DNA of 56,939 bases, filler included, from Bilabrum cf. latius (GCA_965178125.1; 2 parts of 2 records of this genome joined end to end with filler, not necessarily neighbours in it); one strand, 5' to 3'; positions 12,342-23,383 are shown, counted from the whole stretch's first letter. Translations and numbers: made by a program. Notes: generated from the sequence alone by a model not told the origin.

Positions 12342-13110
12342 CGCCGGCGAGTGTTGGCCTCCCAGCTGCCGAAGCACTGGAGAGCCATCCTCGTCGACAT
12401 CGGCGGAGAAAAACTCCTCATTTCGCCCGACGCCGGGTCGTAGACCGGGTCGAGCGGCGTGCGCTCCGAAGTCGGCATGTTCCTGCGGCGCGCGTCGACG
12501 AGAGCGAGGCCCACTTTTACAACCGTGGGGGGTGACGAGTGCCGGTTTTACACCGCGGCTGGTGGGGTTGGCTGAGAACAGCTGCGAATGCACACGGATT
12601 TGAAGGCGGGCCTGCGTTGAACTTGGAGCGAATCGCCTGACCTGACTATACGAGGGAGCATCTTCTCCTGCACCATCACTGACCGAGCGATGCACGAGTG
12701 TCTGATCCCGATCTGAAGACGAAGAGCTAACACACGGCTTCGAACTGCAAGTCGATGAACAGAGCGACACAAATGCAAAGCACACTCCCTTAGCGAAACG
12801 ATGGTGCATCCTGTCCTGCACTCGCGGCCTCGCTGCGACCAGGGCCTCCAGGGACCTGCAAGCCCACCGGCGGTGCCCCAGCTGGAGCACTCGCCAACGT
12901 CGAGGGCTCCAACGTGGGCCCCTCGACGGATCCCCAGGTCCCTTGGTCCTCGCAGGAGGTGCCTCGCGGGCACTCTCCAACAACAATCGGAGTCCTCTTC
13001 GGGGGGTGCCCCTGACTGGGCACAACCCCCTTAGGGCCACCTTTGCCTTGTGGCTGGCATTCACGTCTTGTACTCATGACGTCTCACCCAACCACCTGAC
13101 GCCACCTCCA

Positions 13111-13974
13111 TCAGTGCCTCACGGGAAATGCTGCCCTTCGTGTGCCGTCGGCGGTCATGTCGCGTGTGTCAACCCACCGGAACTCCGTGAGCGTCCCACT
13201 GTCAATGAGTTCTCGGAGCCACAGCAGATGACAGAAAAGCGACTTCTCCGACGGGGGTTTCACACGGTCGACAGCCAATGCTGAGTACACTGACATGGCG
13301 TCCACACAGACACGTATTTCTAGTGGTCGACAGCCCCGGTCTCGCATGTCCATTGCCTTGGCGAGGGGTGACCGGGCCATGAACGACCTCGTGCAGCGTG
13401 AGGCCCAGCATCAGGGCCGAGTCAGTGGCTGCTATGGCGGCCTGCAGCTCCGACACAAAGGTGCTGCGCGTAACCGCCTTAATGCTGCCACAATGCCCAC
13501 TCAAGCAGGTGGCATCTCTCCTTGCCGTCGGGAGCAACACCCAGGCGCATGAAGTTGGCGCCCCGGGTGCTGCGTCCAGTTGGCGTTGTCGACATCATCG
13601 GTCCTCCCGCTTGAACCCCGCGTCGGAGTGCACTCCAGAATGGCCGGAAGGCTTCATCCGATCGTATATTGCAGCGGGAGAGGATGACGTTGAGCCCAGC
13701 GCACTACCCCATTCAATCGTCGGATGTGCAGCATCTTGGGGGCCTGGGCATGCCGCTGCAAGGCGTTGACATACACTGCCAGATCCAACCGGGTCTGCAG
13801 CGCATATGCAAGGGCCATGAGTAGAGATAGGAAGAGCTGGGCTGCTGCCGCCGGCGCTGGACTCTCAGCCGGAAGTCCGGTGAGGTCCGCGCCCACAATC
13901 GGCTTAAGAGCGACAAGTACTCGTCTGATCCATCTCATACCCTTGAGGGCGTGAGCTTGTGCCGGATTCCACAA
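13111..13974 (-). pseudogene. Copia RT C-terminus and RNase H (frameshifted)
   Basis: LQTRLDLAVYVNALQ, HSDAGF, STFVSELQAA, CVDAMSVY, LLWLRELID, WVDTRDMTADG. Confidence 0.85.
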
Positions 13975-14004
13975 TTAGTGAAATTGTCCTCCGTGATATC
14001 AAGC

Positions 14005-17000
14005 TCACCCCTTGCCAAACACCTTTTCCAGGGCATTGATGAACTCCTGGCGGACTCCAGGAGAACAGGCCACCTTGATGTCATCCACATGCTTGGTGGC
14101 TATGAAGTCCAAGGAACTGCCGCCCGGTGCCCCTGTGCGGGCACTCGGGCGGCTTCCGGCCCGGCGACCGTGTCGGACGATGAGCTGGTCGTCTGTGGTC
14201 GTCGGCTGAGCCCCGAACAAGTCGTTCGTGGCTTGCGCCAGCTTGATGGCAAAACACCTCGGGGCGTCCTTACATCCGGTGCCGGGCTTCGTACAGTGAA
14301 GGACTCGTGGTTCGGATCGAAGTCCCTCAAAGCCCTGCAGCTGGCGCAGGACTGCCACTGCATCTGCCTTAAGCTCGAAGTTGACTTCCCGTGATGGCTC
14401 GTTGGTCGTACGGGCTAGCTCCTCGTACGTAATGCCCTTCAAGAAGGCCTTCTTCACGTCGATGGTCGTCAGCTTCCAGCCCCGGCATACTGCCTCCGAG
14501 GTAACCACCTTTTGCGAGGTGCGGGAACTGGTGCCCGCGTAGGTGTTGAGTCCTTCTGCCTCAACGTCCTTGAACCCTCGCAGGGTCATCCGCATACGGA
14601 TGATGCGCGTCTTCTGCGAAGGGTCGTTGGCTTTCTTCACCCACTTCCACTTGGCGACCCAACGTACGTCGAGGATGTTGCGAGCGCCTCTGCGGGGGCG
14701 TCGCGTAAAGCAGCCATGATCAATCCAGATCTTAAGCTCCTCTTTCGTGGCCGCTGCCACTTCCTTTGCATGCTTGATGAACTCTGGAGGGGTCAGCAGA
14801 TCCGTATCTCGTTCGACCACGGCTTTCTTCGCACTGGCTGCATAGATCCGTAACCGTGCGCATCCTTCGCCGTCAACCGGGGCATCCATAATGAGCTTGG
14901 CATAGTCACCCGGGAACAACAACTCAACGTATGCGTTCCCTTGGGCGTCGGCATCTGGCTGGAGATACTCGCCCTCCGGCGCCGCACCCGTGACCATAAA
15001 ATGGTAGCACTCGGGAATGTGTGGGGTGACATAGGCGACGGGAAGTGGGACGAAGCTGCCCAGGCCGGTGCTCCTGATTGAGCACTCGGCCAAGGGAACT
15101 GCGGGGATGCTTCGCAGAAGTAGGACCAAGTCTTCTTTCGCCTCGGGCCGCAGCTGCCCGTTGGCAGCAAACAGGTCGGCGTCGGCATCGGCAATGGAGC
15201 CGGCGTCTTCCTGGGAACCCTCGGGGATGGGTGACAACGCATTGTCCCCTTCCCCGGGCTCGGCGACGTCGGGCGTGCCGAAATCGGCACTGCCCAAGAT
15301 GTCGCCGAGCGTGGGGTCATCCCCTCCGGCACTGCTCATGAGGAACTGGGCGTAGCAATGGCTCTGCCAGTCCTCCCCGACCACTTCGCAGGTGCGAAGG
15401 GCGGGGGCGCCGTCGTAGTCATGTACAGTGGCTTCTTCAATAGTCGTGGACCAGCAAATGAGAATGCTGCGATGGGCGTCCGCGCACGATGGGAGTCGCC
15501 GCAGGCCTCTGCCCAATCGAGCAGCGAACACATATTCCAACTGCAACGTGTTGCGGGCCACGAACTCCACGGCGAGCGCAACCTTTTGGTGGGTGCGAGA
15601 CTCGGCGCTCAGTACCCAGGATCGTCCCGACCGGACGTATCCATAGGTGAGCAGCTTGTCGGGGGGCGTGCTGTCAATGGCGCGTTGAAGGACTAGGTGA
15701 GTTTGATTGTGCACCGAAGCCGGGAACACGAAGGCTGCGAAGTCCATGAATCGGCGCACGTCGGCATACCGCACGTTGATCTCGCCCGCCTTGTAGCGAA
15801 TAACCACGATGCCACGAGCGGGCATGTTCCGGACGACACGGGCTGGGCCATGCCACCCGGAAGTGTCTTTGGTGGCCGGCGCGCGCCAGAAATCGACCAA
15901 TTCCCCGGGGAGATAGTTGTGGACTTCGCCCGGAGTGGTCGTCTGGGCGCGCAGCGCGCGGCGCACACGAGCAACGGCGGTGCTCTCCACGATGCGTTGG
16001 AGAGCGACTTCGCGTAGGCGATGCATATCACGGCCGTCCATACTCACGCTGTCGTCGTGCAGCGCATGCACGTCAGGCAGCATGGCCGGCTGGGTCCCAA
16101 AACGGGCGTTATAGGGAGACGCCCCGTTATAGGTAACCAGTGCATTGCCACTGAAGACGGCCTGCGCCAACAGCTGAGCGAACGACACCGTGATGCCCTC
16201 GGACTCCAACTGCTCCTCAATGCAGTGCATCGCGTGCCTCAGAATGGCACCGCGACGCTCCACAAAGCGAGCATGTTGGCCGGGGGCACGTGGGCGGACC
16301 GTGATGCCCTGGGTGTGAAACCAATTCTTGGCTTCATCCGAAAACAGCCCACGCTCGCCATCGACCACCAACACTTTGAATGGCCCAAAAACTTGAAGCC
16401 AGTGCGTGGCGATGGCGTTGCGCAACGTCTGTGTGGTCTTGTCGGGGACCTCACAGGCGACATGCCAACGATCGGCTCTGTCGACCATGTGCCAGACAAT
16501 ATAGTCTTTGTAAAACAACAGGTCGGCTTCCACCTGTTCATTCTGGCGCATGACGAGTTCAACGGCAGGAGTCGGATCCGGACCTGGGGTCTGCCAGGAC
16601 CGACACTGCCGACATGTGTCCACGACGCCGGGGATAAGGCGCAACACTGATTGCGGCACCCCTGCCGCGTCGAGGATCTTTTCCATCTGGCCGCGTCCCG
16701 CATGCCACCACCGAATGTGCAGCTTGCGCAGCTCGCGCGTCACCTGCGCATCGGTGCCATTTCGGAGGGTGCGCATGCTGTGGGTGATATCGAACGCGGT
16801 CCAGTCTTCCGGTGCATCCCCGGCGGCACGGTCGCGTACCTGAGGCTGTGCATCTCGCGGCCGCCGGGGAGCCGGATGCGGCGCAGGAGGCGGAGGAGGA
16901 GGTGGGTCTCCAGAGGAGCCCGATCCGCCGGTGCCTCGGACGGCACTCGCGCGGACCGGTGGCTCACCCTTCTCCGGAATCGGCGCCGCAGGGCCGGGTA

Positions 17001-17230
17001 TGTCCCGGCCACGCAGATCAGCAGTCGATCCTGCGCTGGCTGGCTCTCGTGCCTCTCGGGGATGAGCGGCGCGACGATGTTCTTCGCGGCCGCGGTCCCG
17101 AAAGGGTGCCAGCGCCCAGCGGCACTCCCCCGGGGTATCATTGTGATCGGGGTGACCTCGCGGCTTCGGAGGGCTCGAAGAGCACCCGGGGCATGTCCAC
17201 TCTGGCTCCGGGGCCGTCAACGGCCAGACG
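14005..17230 (-). CDS. Pol segment: integrase (HHCC + DDE) and reverse transcriptase
   Basis: Integrase: LHIRWWH...CRQC, EADLL, VVDGERG, FVERRG. RT: DVRWVAKWK, RMTLRGFKD, IDVKKAFLKG, GCKDAPRCF, HVDDI. Part of ORF 14005..17472; joined to its neighbours only by frameshifts. Confidence 0.9.
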
Positions 17231-19240
17231 GCACTCCCCGGGGGCCCGGGTGTGCTCGCGGCGCGTGCGAGCCATCCGGCCCTTGCAGCCTGGGCACTTC
17301 TTCCAGTCTGCATCGGGATCTGGGGCCTCGGAGGGATCCCCATCCGGGCCCACCCCCACTGCCGGATACTGCAGGCGCGAGGAATCGCAGTCAACGGCCC
17401 ACTCCACTGTGTCTGCTGCAAAGAACGACCAAACGTCGGCCGTTGTGGCACCGCGACCTGGCGGGCACTCATGAACAGTGCATGGTGCCCTGCCAGTCGC
17501 TGTCAGCGCGGTGAACACCACGCGGTCGTTGGTCGCAAGAGCATACTGCTTGGAATTGTGGGAATAGATCTGTGGAGAGCCGCAGAGATCGTGCCACTGG
17601 GACATCTCCGATATCCAAGTGGGGCCCTGCTGCATGAACACAAAAAGACGGCTGCACTCCTTCTGTGCCACTGCTAGGTGAGCCAAGAGCACTGTCCGCC
17701 CTTGGTCGTGCTCATATCTGCCATTGTCCGGAGGGCGAAAATACTCGCCCGTCATCCTGTGAGAGGGGTCTAACACCAGATAGTCCGGAGCTGAGGTGAG
17801 CACTGCTTCCACCAAGGCGGAACGGGCTACGGGTGCAGAAACATTCACCGTAGCGAGAATGTCATGCCGACTTCCTTCCGTGTCCAGCCAACGCGAGAAC
17901 AAGCGTGCTTCGTCATCGCCAACAAAGTGAAGATCCATCACAAGATAGTCTCGTTCGGCTGGGATCGACTCAGTGACCGCCGCGAACGAATCCACCACAT
18001 ACAGTCGAGCCTCGCGGCGTGGGTGACGCCGGCGAGCGAGAACATGTCGGTGGAGTCCTGCGACGAGCGCGCTGTTTGGGGCTGTCCCGTGGACGTTGGC
18101 GTCGTCCATCGCGACGTCGTTCGCGTCGAAGTCGTCGCCAAGGCCACTGACGTCGTCACCCAGGTCGTCGTAGTGCTTCTCCACTTCCTTCTTCCGCTTC
18201 TTAGGCACGTGGCCAGCAGCTTTCTGCTGCTTGGCCCGCTCCCTCGCCTCCGTCGGGTACGCGGGGCTGGCACTGCATTGTGCGTGCCAAATCCCCTGCG
18301 TCCCTGACTCGTCTTCCTCAGAGTCCTCAGCGTCTGCCCAACATGTTGTGCGGGCAGGAACGCCACCTGGAGAGCGAGAGCGGGACCGAGGGCCCACTGC
18401 CGGTGGAGCGGATGACGAAGCTCTAGTTTTCCGCGAGTCCTTTTCAAAGGACTGAGGGCCACTGAGAGTCGTGTCGGGTCGTGAATCGGTACGATGTAAG
18501 TCATTGTGATGCAAACCATTGGGATGCGAGTCGTTGAGATGAGAGTCGGGTCGGCGGGCTGACGCCCGTCCCCTTTGCATCGCCGCCTTGGGCACGAGTA
18601 ACGGCACGACCGTGGCATGAAGACGGGGCACTAACTGGGCCCAAGTCTTCCACCTCGGGGAGCCCGCGAGCATGGCTGCGTGCTGCGAATCAGCACTGCA
18701 GCCGCACTTCACGGACTGAGCAGAGGTCGAAGAATAGACATGTAGGACCTCTGGGCTGGTGGACGACGTTGCAGTGCATGCGGCGTAGCGGACCTCCTGC
18801 ACAATATTGTCCGCTAAAAGTGCCTGCACGTCGGAATGCTGCCACCAGCGACCACGTGGCGCGGCCAGATACGCAGACGAACCGCTATCCACCGCCGCGC
18901 GCACCCATACGGCTAGTTCACGAACTACCGTGTTCCATTTACGGGGCGGCACGGAACTGGCCGAATGGGGAAGATCAAACCACAACACGTCGTACAGGCC
19001 AGCGCGAACCCGCGCAGGCATGTCATGCATTGTGGTGGAGCGTACCATCCTGGGGTGCCAAGTGTCCACAAGGTACCCCAGCTGTGTGAGCTGCGAGGAG
19101 GCAGACGGCTGCTCCTCAATGACGAGCGCACGGGCCGGCGCTCCGGGGCGCGCCCCCAAACGGGCGCTGCCCCGAGCTGCTCCTGGCGACTCGCCCTTCC
19201 GTGGGCGTGCCCCGCTGCGAGCACTGCCCCGGGCGGCCAA
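17138..19240 (-). CDS. Polyprotein segment between protease and integrase; function uncertain (possible degenerate methyltransferase-like folds, CPGC..H..GEC module)
   Basis: 700-aa ORF with globular-looking stretches, lying between the protease and integrase ORFs. Confidence 0.55.
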   Translation of the reverse strand: MAARGSARSGARPRKGESPGAARGSARLGARPGAPARALVIEEQPSASSQLTQLGYLVDTWHPRMVRSTTMHDMPARVRAGLYDVLWFDLPHSASSVPPRKWNTVVRELAVWVRAAVDSGSSAYLAAPRGRWWQHSDVQALLADNIVQEVRYAACTATSSTSPEVLHVYSSTSAQSVKCGCSADSQHAAMLAGSPRWKTWAQLVPRLHATVVPLLVPKAAMQRGRASARRPDSHLNDSHPNGLHHNDLHRTDSRPDTTLSGPQSFEKDSRKTRASSSAPPAVGPRSRSRSPGGVPARTTCWADAEDSEEDESGTQGIWHAQCSASPAYPTEARERAKQQKAAGHVPKKRKKEVEKHYDDLGDDVSGLGDDFDANDVAMDDANVHGTAPNSALVAGLHRHVLARRRHPRREARLYVVDSFAAVTESIPAERDYLVMDLHFVGDDEARLFSRWLDTEGSRHDILATVNVSAPVARSALVEAVLTSAPDYLVLDPSHRMTGEYFRPPDNGRYEHDQGRTVLLAHLAVAQKECSRLFVFMQQGPTWISEMSQWHDLCGSPQIYSHNSKQYALATNDRVVFTALTATGRAPCTVHECPPGRGATTADVWSFFAADTVEWAVDCDSSRLQYPAVGVGPDGDPSEAPDPDADWKKCPGCKGRMARTRREHTRAPGECRLAVDGPGARVDMPRVLFEPSEAARSPRSQ

Positions 19241-19327
19241 CTTGACAGATTGGCCGGGCAGCTCAGCGTACGCCCCAGGTACTGCCTGAGGCGAAGGCTC
19301 TGGAGCGCAAGAGCCCTCGCCTCCCCG

Positions 19328-21808
19328 TCAATGTGCGCCCACCGCTGACGCCAGCGGCGCACTATCGACGGGGGGCGTGGCGTCCGGGACCGGAGAAGAA
19401 TGGAATTGTCGAGACGGGGTGGCCAGCCCTCCCGACTTCGTATGCACTTTGGCATAGTCGTCGAGAACCATCACGAGGTGCCCACTGGGGGCACGCTCGA
19501 GCGGGATCTCGACCGTGCCGGGGGGCATTTTCCATTCAATTTCTCCAGGGCCCGGCAAGATGAGCACCTGCCGATGGGTGTCCAACACGGCTCGGTGCCG
19601 CTGCAGGGACTGGAGACCAAGCAGTCCCGGCAAGTCTGCACCAGCGCCCGTGACGATGGGGGCACTGAATTGGTGCAGCATGGCTCCGTCCCCTGTGGGG
19701 ACTGCGACGGGACAAGTCATCTCCCACTGGCACGCTTGGACGCCGCTACCCACTCCCTGAATCTGGATGGGGTGAGCGAGCTTGTCCTGGCGGGGGGTCT
19801 GTCGGTTGTCCACCGCCTTCTGAGCCAGGGATCGGGCGAGCTTTTCACCGATCAGATTCGTCCAAGCTCCCGAGTCGACGATGACCGAAAGTCGTCCCGC
19901 CGGGAGTTGAGTAGCTGCGTGATACACCGGGGTCTGGGCGTGCCCCGAGGGCACTGTCCAGACCGGCATCGTTGATTCCGCGCTCGAATAGTGTGTGTCG
20001 GGGGTGTCCATGGACGGACGCGGATCCAATGACCGTTCAAACGGACGGGTGCTGGACTGTTCAATCCGCTGTCGGCAACATGGACACCCTGGAACCAGAT
20101 TATGTTCGAGCTGTGTGGCGGCCCACAGATCGATGCACTGCTGATGGAACTCGTGGCCGCAAGCAATGCGCGTAATCGTATCCCCTTCCAGATATTCTTC
20201 CTGGCAAATGACACACGTCGGAGTGTGGGTGGTCGGACGTGGGGTGGAAGGTGCAATCGGAGCTGTGGGACCAAACGCCGCACCGGAACTCATCGCGGCG
20301 AGCCGGCGCACTGCCGCCATCTGGCGTTCGCGGCGTGCGGCCACAGCAAGCTCTGCATTTCTGCTCTGGGCATGGGACACGCTTCTCACAAACCACTCAA
20401 GTTCGCCCGACGCAGCCTGGGCATGCTCGGTCGACGGTGCTGCTTCAGGCGCAAGGGACTGAGGGTTGACGAAGTCTGCGCCGAGTGATTCGACGTGAAG
20501 GCGAGAGCGCTGGCCTCGAGAGGCGCGCTCCAAGCGCTCGTGTCGCAACTCACTCACCCTTCGAAAATCGTTGAGAAGAGGGATGCTCGCCGTTGGATCG
20601 TGCGAGTCCGGATGGATCAACTCGGCCCGGGACTGAGGAACAGAAGTGGCATTCAAGTGCTGAGTATACTGAATCCGATGATCCGGATGGGGCGAAGATC
20701 CAATCCAGGCACTTGGAGGCAAAGTCCACGGAGGGACCTGTTCCTGGGACGAGGACCTTGCAGGGTCGCTGTCTGGCTGATCCATGCGGGCGAACACAAA
20801 TGGCGGCGGCGGCGCCGGAAACTCGGCGCTCGGCTGCGGCGGTGCCGACTGACCGGCACTCGCCGCAGTGTCCCGCCGCTGCAGCGGTGCCGACTGACCG
20901 GCACTCGCCGCAGCGTCTCGCCGCTCGAAGAACGTCTCCCATGCTGTCCGCGGCCTGGAACCCGACGCACTACCTCCTGAGGTGTCTGGGTAGGGCGGAG
21001 GTGGCGACGGCATACCAAGGTCGCCAGGAACCGAGAAATTGCTAGTCGGAACCTGCCAAGATGATCCGAGCGAACTGCCAACAGATGGCGTGTCGGGTCG
21101 AGCGTCTCCAAATAAGTTGTCTCCTGACCCAAACACGGGGTCCTCCGAGGGTGTCTCCGGGGCATCAACCTGCATGGAGGCAGCGGCAGGGCGCCCTGGG
21201 GACGCTGACCGTGGGGGCCTCCTGGGGGCCTGCTGCTGGCCCGAAGAACTGATCATGAAGGCTGACGAGACGATGTCGCCCAAGGGGCCGGTCTCCGAGT
21301 AGCCGGAGAACCCAGAAGGACCGGCGCTTCCGCTCGGCCTACTGGAATTTCTTGGGCACTCGGCTCGGAAGTGGGTCTCACTGCCACATAGAGAGCACTT
21401 CATGACCTGGCCGTCCTTTCCGATGGGGTTACGACGACGGCCTTTGCCTTTACCTGTCGATCTGGACTTACCTTTACCGCCTCCCTTCCGGCCGAAGAAG
21501 ATCTCGTCGAGCTCAGGCTCCGACATCTCGGCCAAGAAGGAGTAGCGGTACTTGCCCTTGCCCTTCGACTTGCCGCCACGGAAGCCTTTTCCTTTCCCCC
21601 TCCGCTTCAGGAACCTTCGGACTCGTCGGACGGGCTTGCCAACATGGCGACGCCAGCGGCTTTTGGCCTGCTGGTAGTTCCAGAAGATTTGTTCGTCCAC
21701 TTGTCCGGGGGTTAGGCCCTGAATATCGGAATCGTCAAACTCGTATTCGCCATCGGAGGACCGAGTGTCCGAGTCCGTGCCGCTGTCATAGTCGGCACTT
21801 GGGGGCAT
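19328..21808 (-). CDS. Gag C-terminus/protease segment: CCHC zinc knuckle, RING-H2 finger, aspartic protease
   Basis: KGKGK-rich stretch. Knuckle CSLCGSETHFRAEC (21356-21397). RING CVIC...CGHEFHQQC...CPCC (20072-20215). Protease VIVDSGAWTNLIG (~19850-19885) and LPGLLGL. Confidence 0.85.
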   Translation of the reverse strand: MPPSADYDSGTDSDTRSSDGEYEFDDSDIQGLTPGQVDEQIFWNYQQAKSRWRRHVGKPVRRVRRFLKRRGKGKGFRGGKSKGKGKYRYSFLAEMSEPELDEIFFGRKGGGKGKSRSTGKGKGRRRNPIGKDGQVMKCSLCGSETHFRAECPRNSSRPSGSAGPSGFSGYSETGPLGDIVSSAFMISSSGQQQAPRRPPRSASPGRPAAASMQVDAPETPSEDPVFGSGDNLFGDARPDTPSVGSSLGSSWQVPTSNFSVPGDLGMPSPPPPYPDTSGGSASGSRPRTAWETFFERRDAAASAGQSAPLQRRDTAASAGQSAPPQPSAEFPAPPPPFVFARMDQPDSDPARSSSQEQVPPWTLPPSAWIGSSPHPDHRIQYTQHLNATSVPQSRAELIHPDSHDPTASIPLLNDFRRVSELRHERLERASRGQRSRLHVESLGADFVNPQSLAPEAAPSTEHAQAASGELEWFVRSVSHAQSRNAELAVAARRERQMAAVRRLAAMSSGAAFGPTAPIAPSTPRPTTHTPTCVICQEEYLEGDTITRIACGHEFHQQCIDLWAATQLEHNLVPGCPCCRQRIEQSSTRPFERSLDPRPSMDTPDTHYSSAESTMPVWTVPSGHAQTPVYHAATQLPAGRLSVIVDSGAWTNLIGEKLARSLAQKAVDNRQTPRQDKLAHPIQIQGVGSGVQACQWEMTCPVAVPTGDGAMLHQFSAPIVTGAGADLPGLLGLQSLQRHRAVLDTHRQVLILPGPGEIEWKMPPGTVEIPLERAPSGHLVMVLDDYAKVHTKSGGLATPSRQFHSSPVPDATPPVDSAPLASAVGAH

Positions 21809-21913
21809 GGTCGGAAAGGCTGCGGCGGCCGTGCCAGAACTGGCACTGGCCGCAGACCACGGGTCGCTTCCTGGAATCTGCCAGGGGTCCGTGCCATCGT
21901 GGGCACTGGAACC

Positions 21914-22651
21914 CTAAGCGGGAAACACTGGCGTGGGCTGGACTTCCGGTTCCGCCGATTCACTTGAAGCGGAAAGCTCATGACCAAAATAGCTGTTCCG
22001 GGAGCGCAACTGGCCGGCGATGTTGAGCGGTGCACGCTCGAGGACGTGGCCCATGCGGCGGAGAGTGAGGCACATCGCGTCGAACTCCGGCTGAGTGTTG
22101 GGAAAACGGCCCTGATAGGGCTGGAGGAGATCGAGCAATTGCCGATGGTCGACACCGCATGCGCGTAGGAGAAGCCAAGCGCACCCTTCCCACGACAGCG
22201 CGAGACCGTTGCCTTGTGCCTGAGCTCGGTGTTTGAGCCGGGTGAAGCGCGTGAGCATGGCATCAACGTTCTCACCGGACTGGCGGTGGAAATTCATGAG
22301 GTCGGTCATGGCGTGGAGGCGCATCTCTTCGCCCAACGGTGCGAACCGGATCGCCAACTGGGCCATGATGAACGTCATGGGGTCCTGCTGCACGCCGTTG
22401 ATCATGCCGCCGTTCTGGAACTCATTAAAACCAAACTCGCGGACCAAGTCGCGAGCGGGGCCTTCGAGCTGTAAAACCACGGCGGCAGCTTGCTGCGACG
22501 GGTCCATGTCCTGTTGCAGGATCGTCCAAGCAAGCATGTCCTGCGCCCAATCACGGAACGGGTAGATCGACTCCCGGTCCGGATTGTACGAGGGCGGAGG
22601 GCGTCCACGGATCCCGCCGGCTCCTCCTCCGCGGCCGCCCCCCGGCATCAT
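21914..22651 (-). CDS. Gag N-terminal (capsid-like) region
   Basis: PPSYNP...FRDWAQDMLAW...QAAAVVLQLEGPARDL...FHRQSGENVDAMLTRF is a typical retrotransposon gag pattern. The open frame extends upstream to 23227, so the start is uncertain. Confidence 0.75.
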   Translation of the reverse strand: MMPGGGRGGGAGGIRGRPPPSYNPDRESIYPFRDWAQDMLAWTILQQDMDPSQQAAAVVLQLEGPARDLVREFGFNEFQNGGMINGVQQDPMTFIMAQLAIRFAPLGEEMRLHAMTDLMNFHRQSGENVDAMLTRFTRLKHRAQAQGNGLALSWEGCAWLLLRACGVDHRQLLDLLQPYQGRFPNTQPEFDAMCLTLRRMGHVLERAPLNIAGQLRSRNSYFGHELSASSESAEPEVQPTPVFPA

Positions 22652-23191
22652 GAGTGAGAGGAGTCCGCCCACAGCTGCACAGAAGGCATACTGCACGAAC
22701 TGCGCAACGCGGTGGAGCGGGGTCCCGTGGGGAGTGGCCTGGCGGAGGCGAGAGGACTTCGGCTGCTCAGGGAGCTCCAGGGGCGTGCCCGGGTGCTCAT
22801 CGGGGAGCACACCGGGCACTGCGGCCTGGAGGCTCGAAAATTGGGGCTCCTTCGTCAACTCGAGACGGCCCGGAAGACTGGCGGCTGAGCTCACAATGTG
22901 GCACATCGCGAAGATGAGGAAGATGGAGAGGAAGCGGCTAGGCTGCCCAACGGCAACCTGGGGGCTACGCAGCGGCGCCGAGGTCGTCGCTTCGGTGCGG
23001 CGGCTAGGCTGCGCATCGGCAGCACGGAGGCTACGCGGCGACGTCGAGGTCGTCGCCACGGCGAGGCTAGGCTGCGCATCGGCAGCGCGAGGGCTACGCG
23101 GCGACGTCGGAGTCGTCGCCACGGCGGGGCTAAGCGCCATGGCTGCAAGGCGCTGTGAGGCTAACCCAGTAGGGAGCTGACCTAGGGCCAG

Positions 23192-23202
23192 CTCCGCTAC
23201 CA
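23192..23202 (-). promoter_or_regulatory. Primer-binding site complementary to the initiator tRNA-Met 3' end
   Basis: Minus strand reads TGGTAGCGGAG immediately after the 5' LTR. The plus strand CTCCGCTACCA resembles the eukaryotic tRNA-iMet acceptor 3' end. Confidence 0.8.
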
Positions 23203-23383
23203 AGTCGAGATGGAGCGTATTGGGCATGAGTCGTGGATCGGGCTAAGGGATGACTCCCTGCTGGGCTAGCGGTGAGGTCCGAAGGGCGCGACCGAAGGGA
23301 GCGCCCCTTTTCCTGCAACGCGAATGCTAAGCTAAGCTCCGGCCGGAGAGCTGCGGGAAGCACAATGCCCTACCATGCGAGTC
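23203..23383 (-). repeat. 5' LTR of Copia element 1
   Basis: Direct repeat of 8443-8623, abutting the PBS. Confidence 0.92.

Larger units (their letters stand above)
8640..12520 (-). pseudogene. Extra 3' region of the LTR element: frameshifted ORF(s) with J-domain, Pro/Ala-rich linker and Cys-rich end
   Basis: Chain of overlapping minus-strand ORFs between RNase H and the 3' LTR. J-domain-like segment at 12146-12341; the rest is low complexity. Confidence 0.5.
8443..23383 (-). mobile_element. Ty1/Copia-order LTR retrotransposon (~14.9 kb) with extra domains
   Basis: Two 181-bp direct repeats and a PBS. Minus-strand domain order is Gag - Zn knuckle - protease - integrase - RT - RNase H; integrase before RT is the Copia order. 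Confidence 0.9.
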
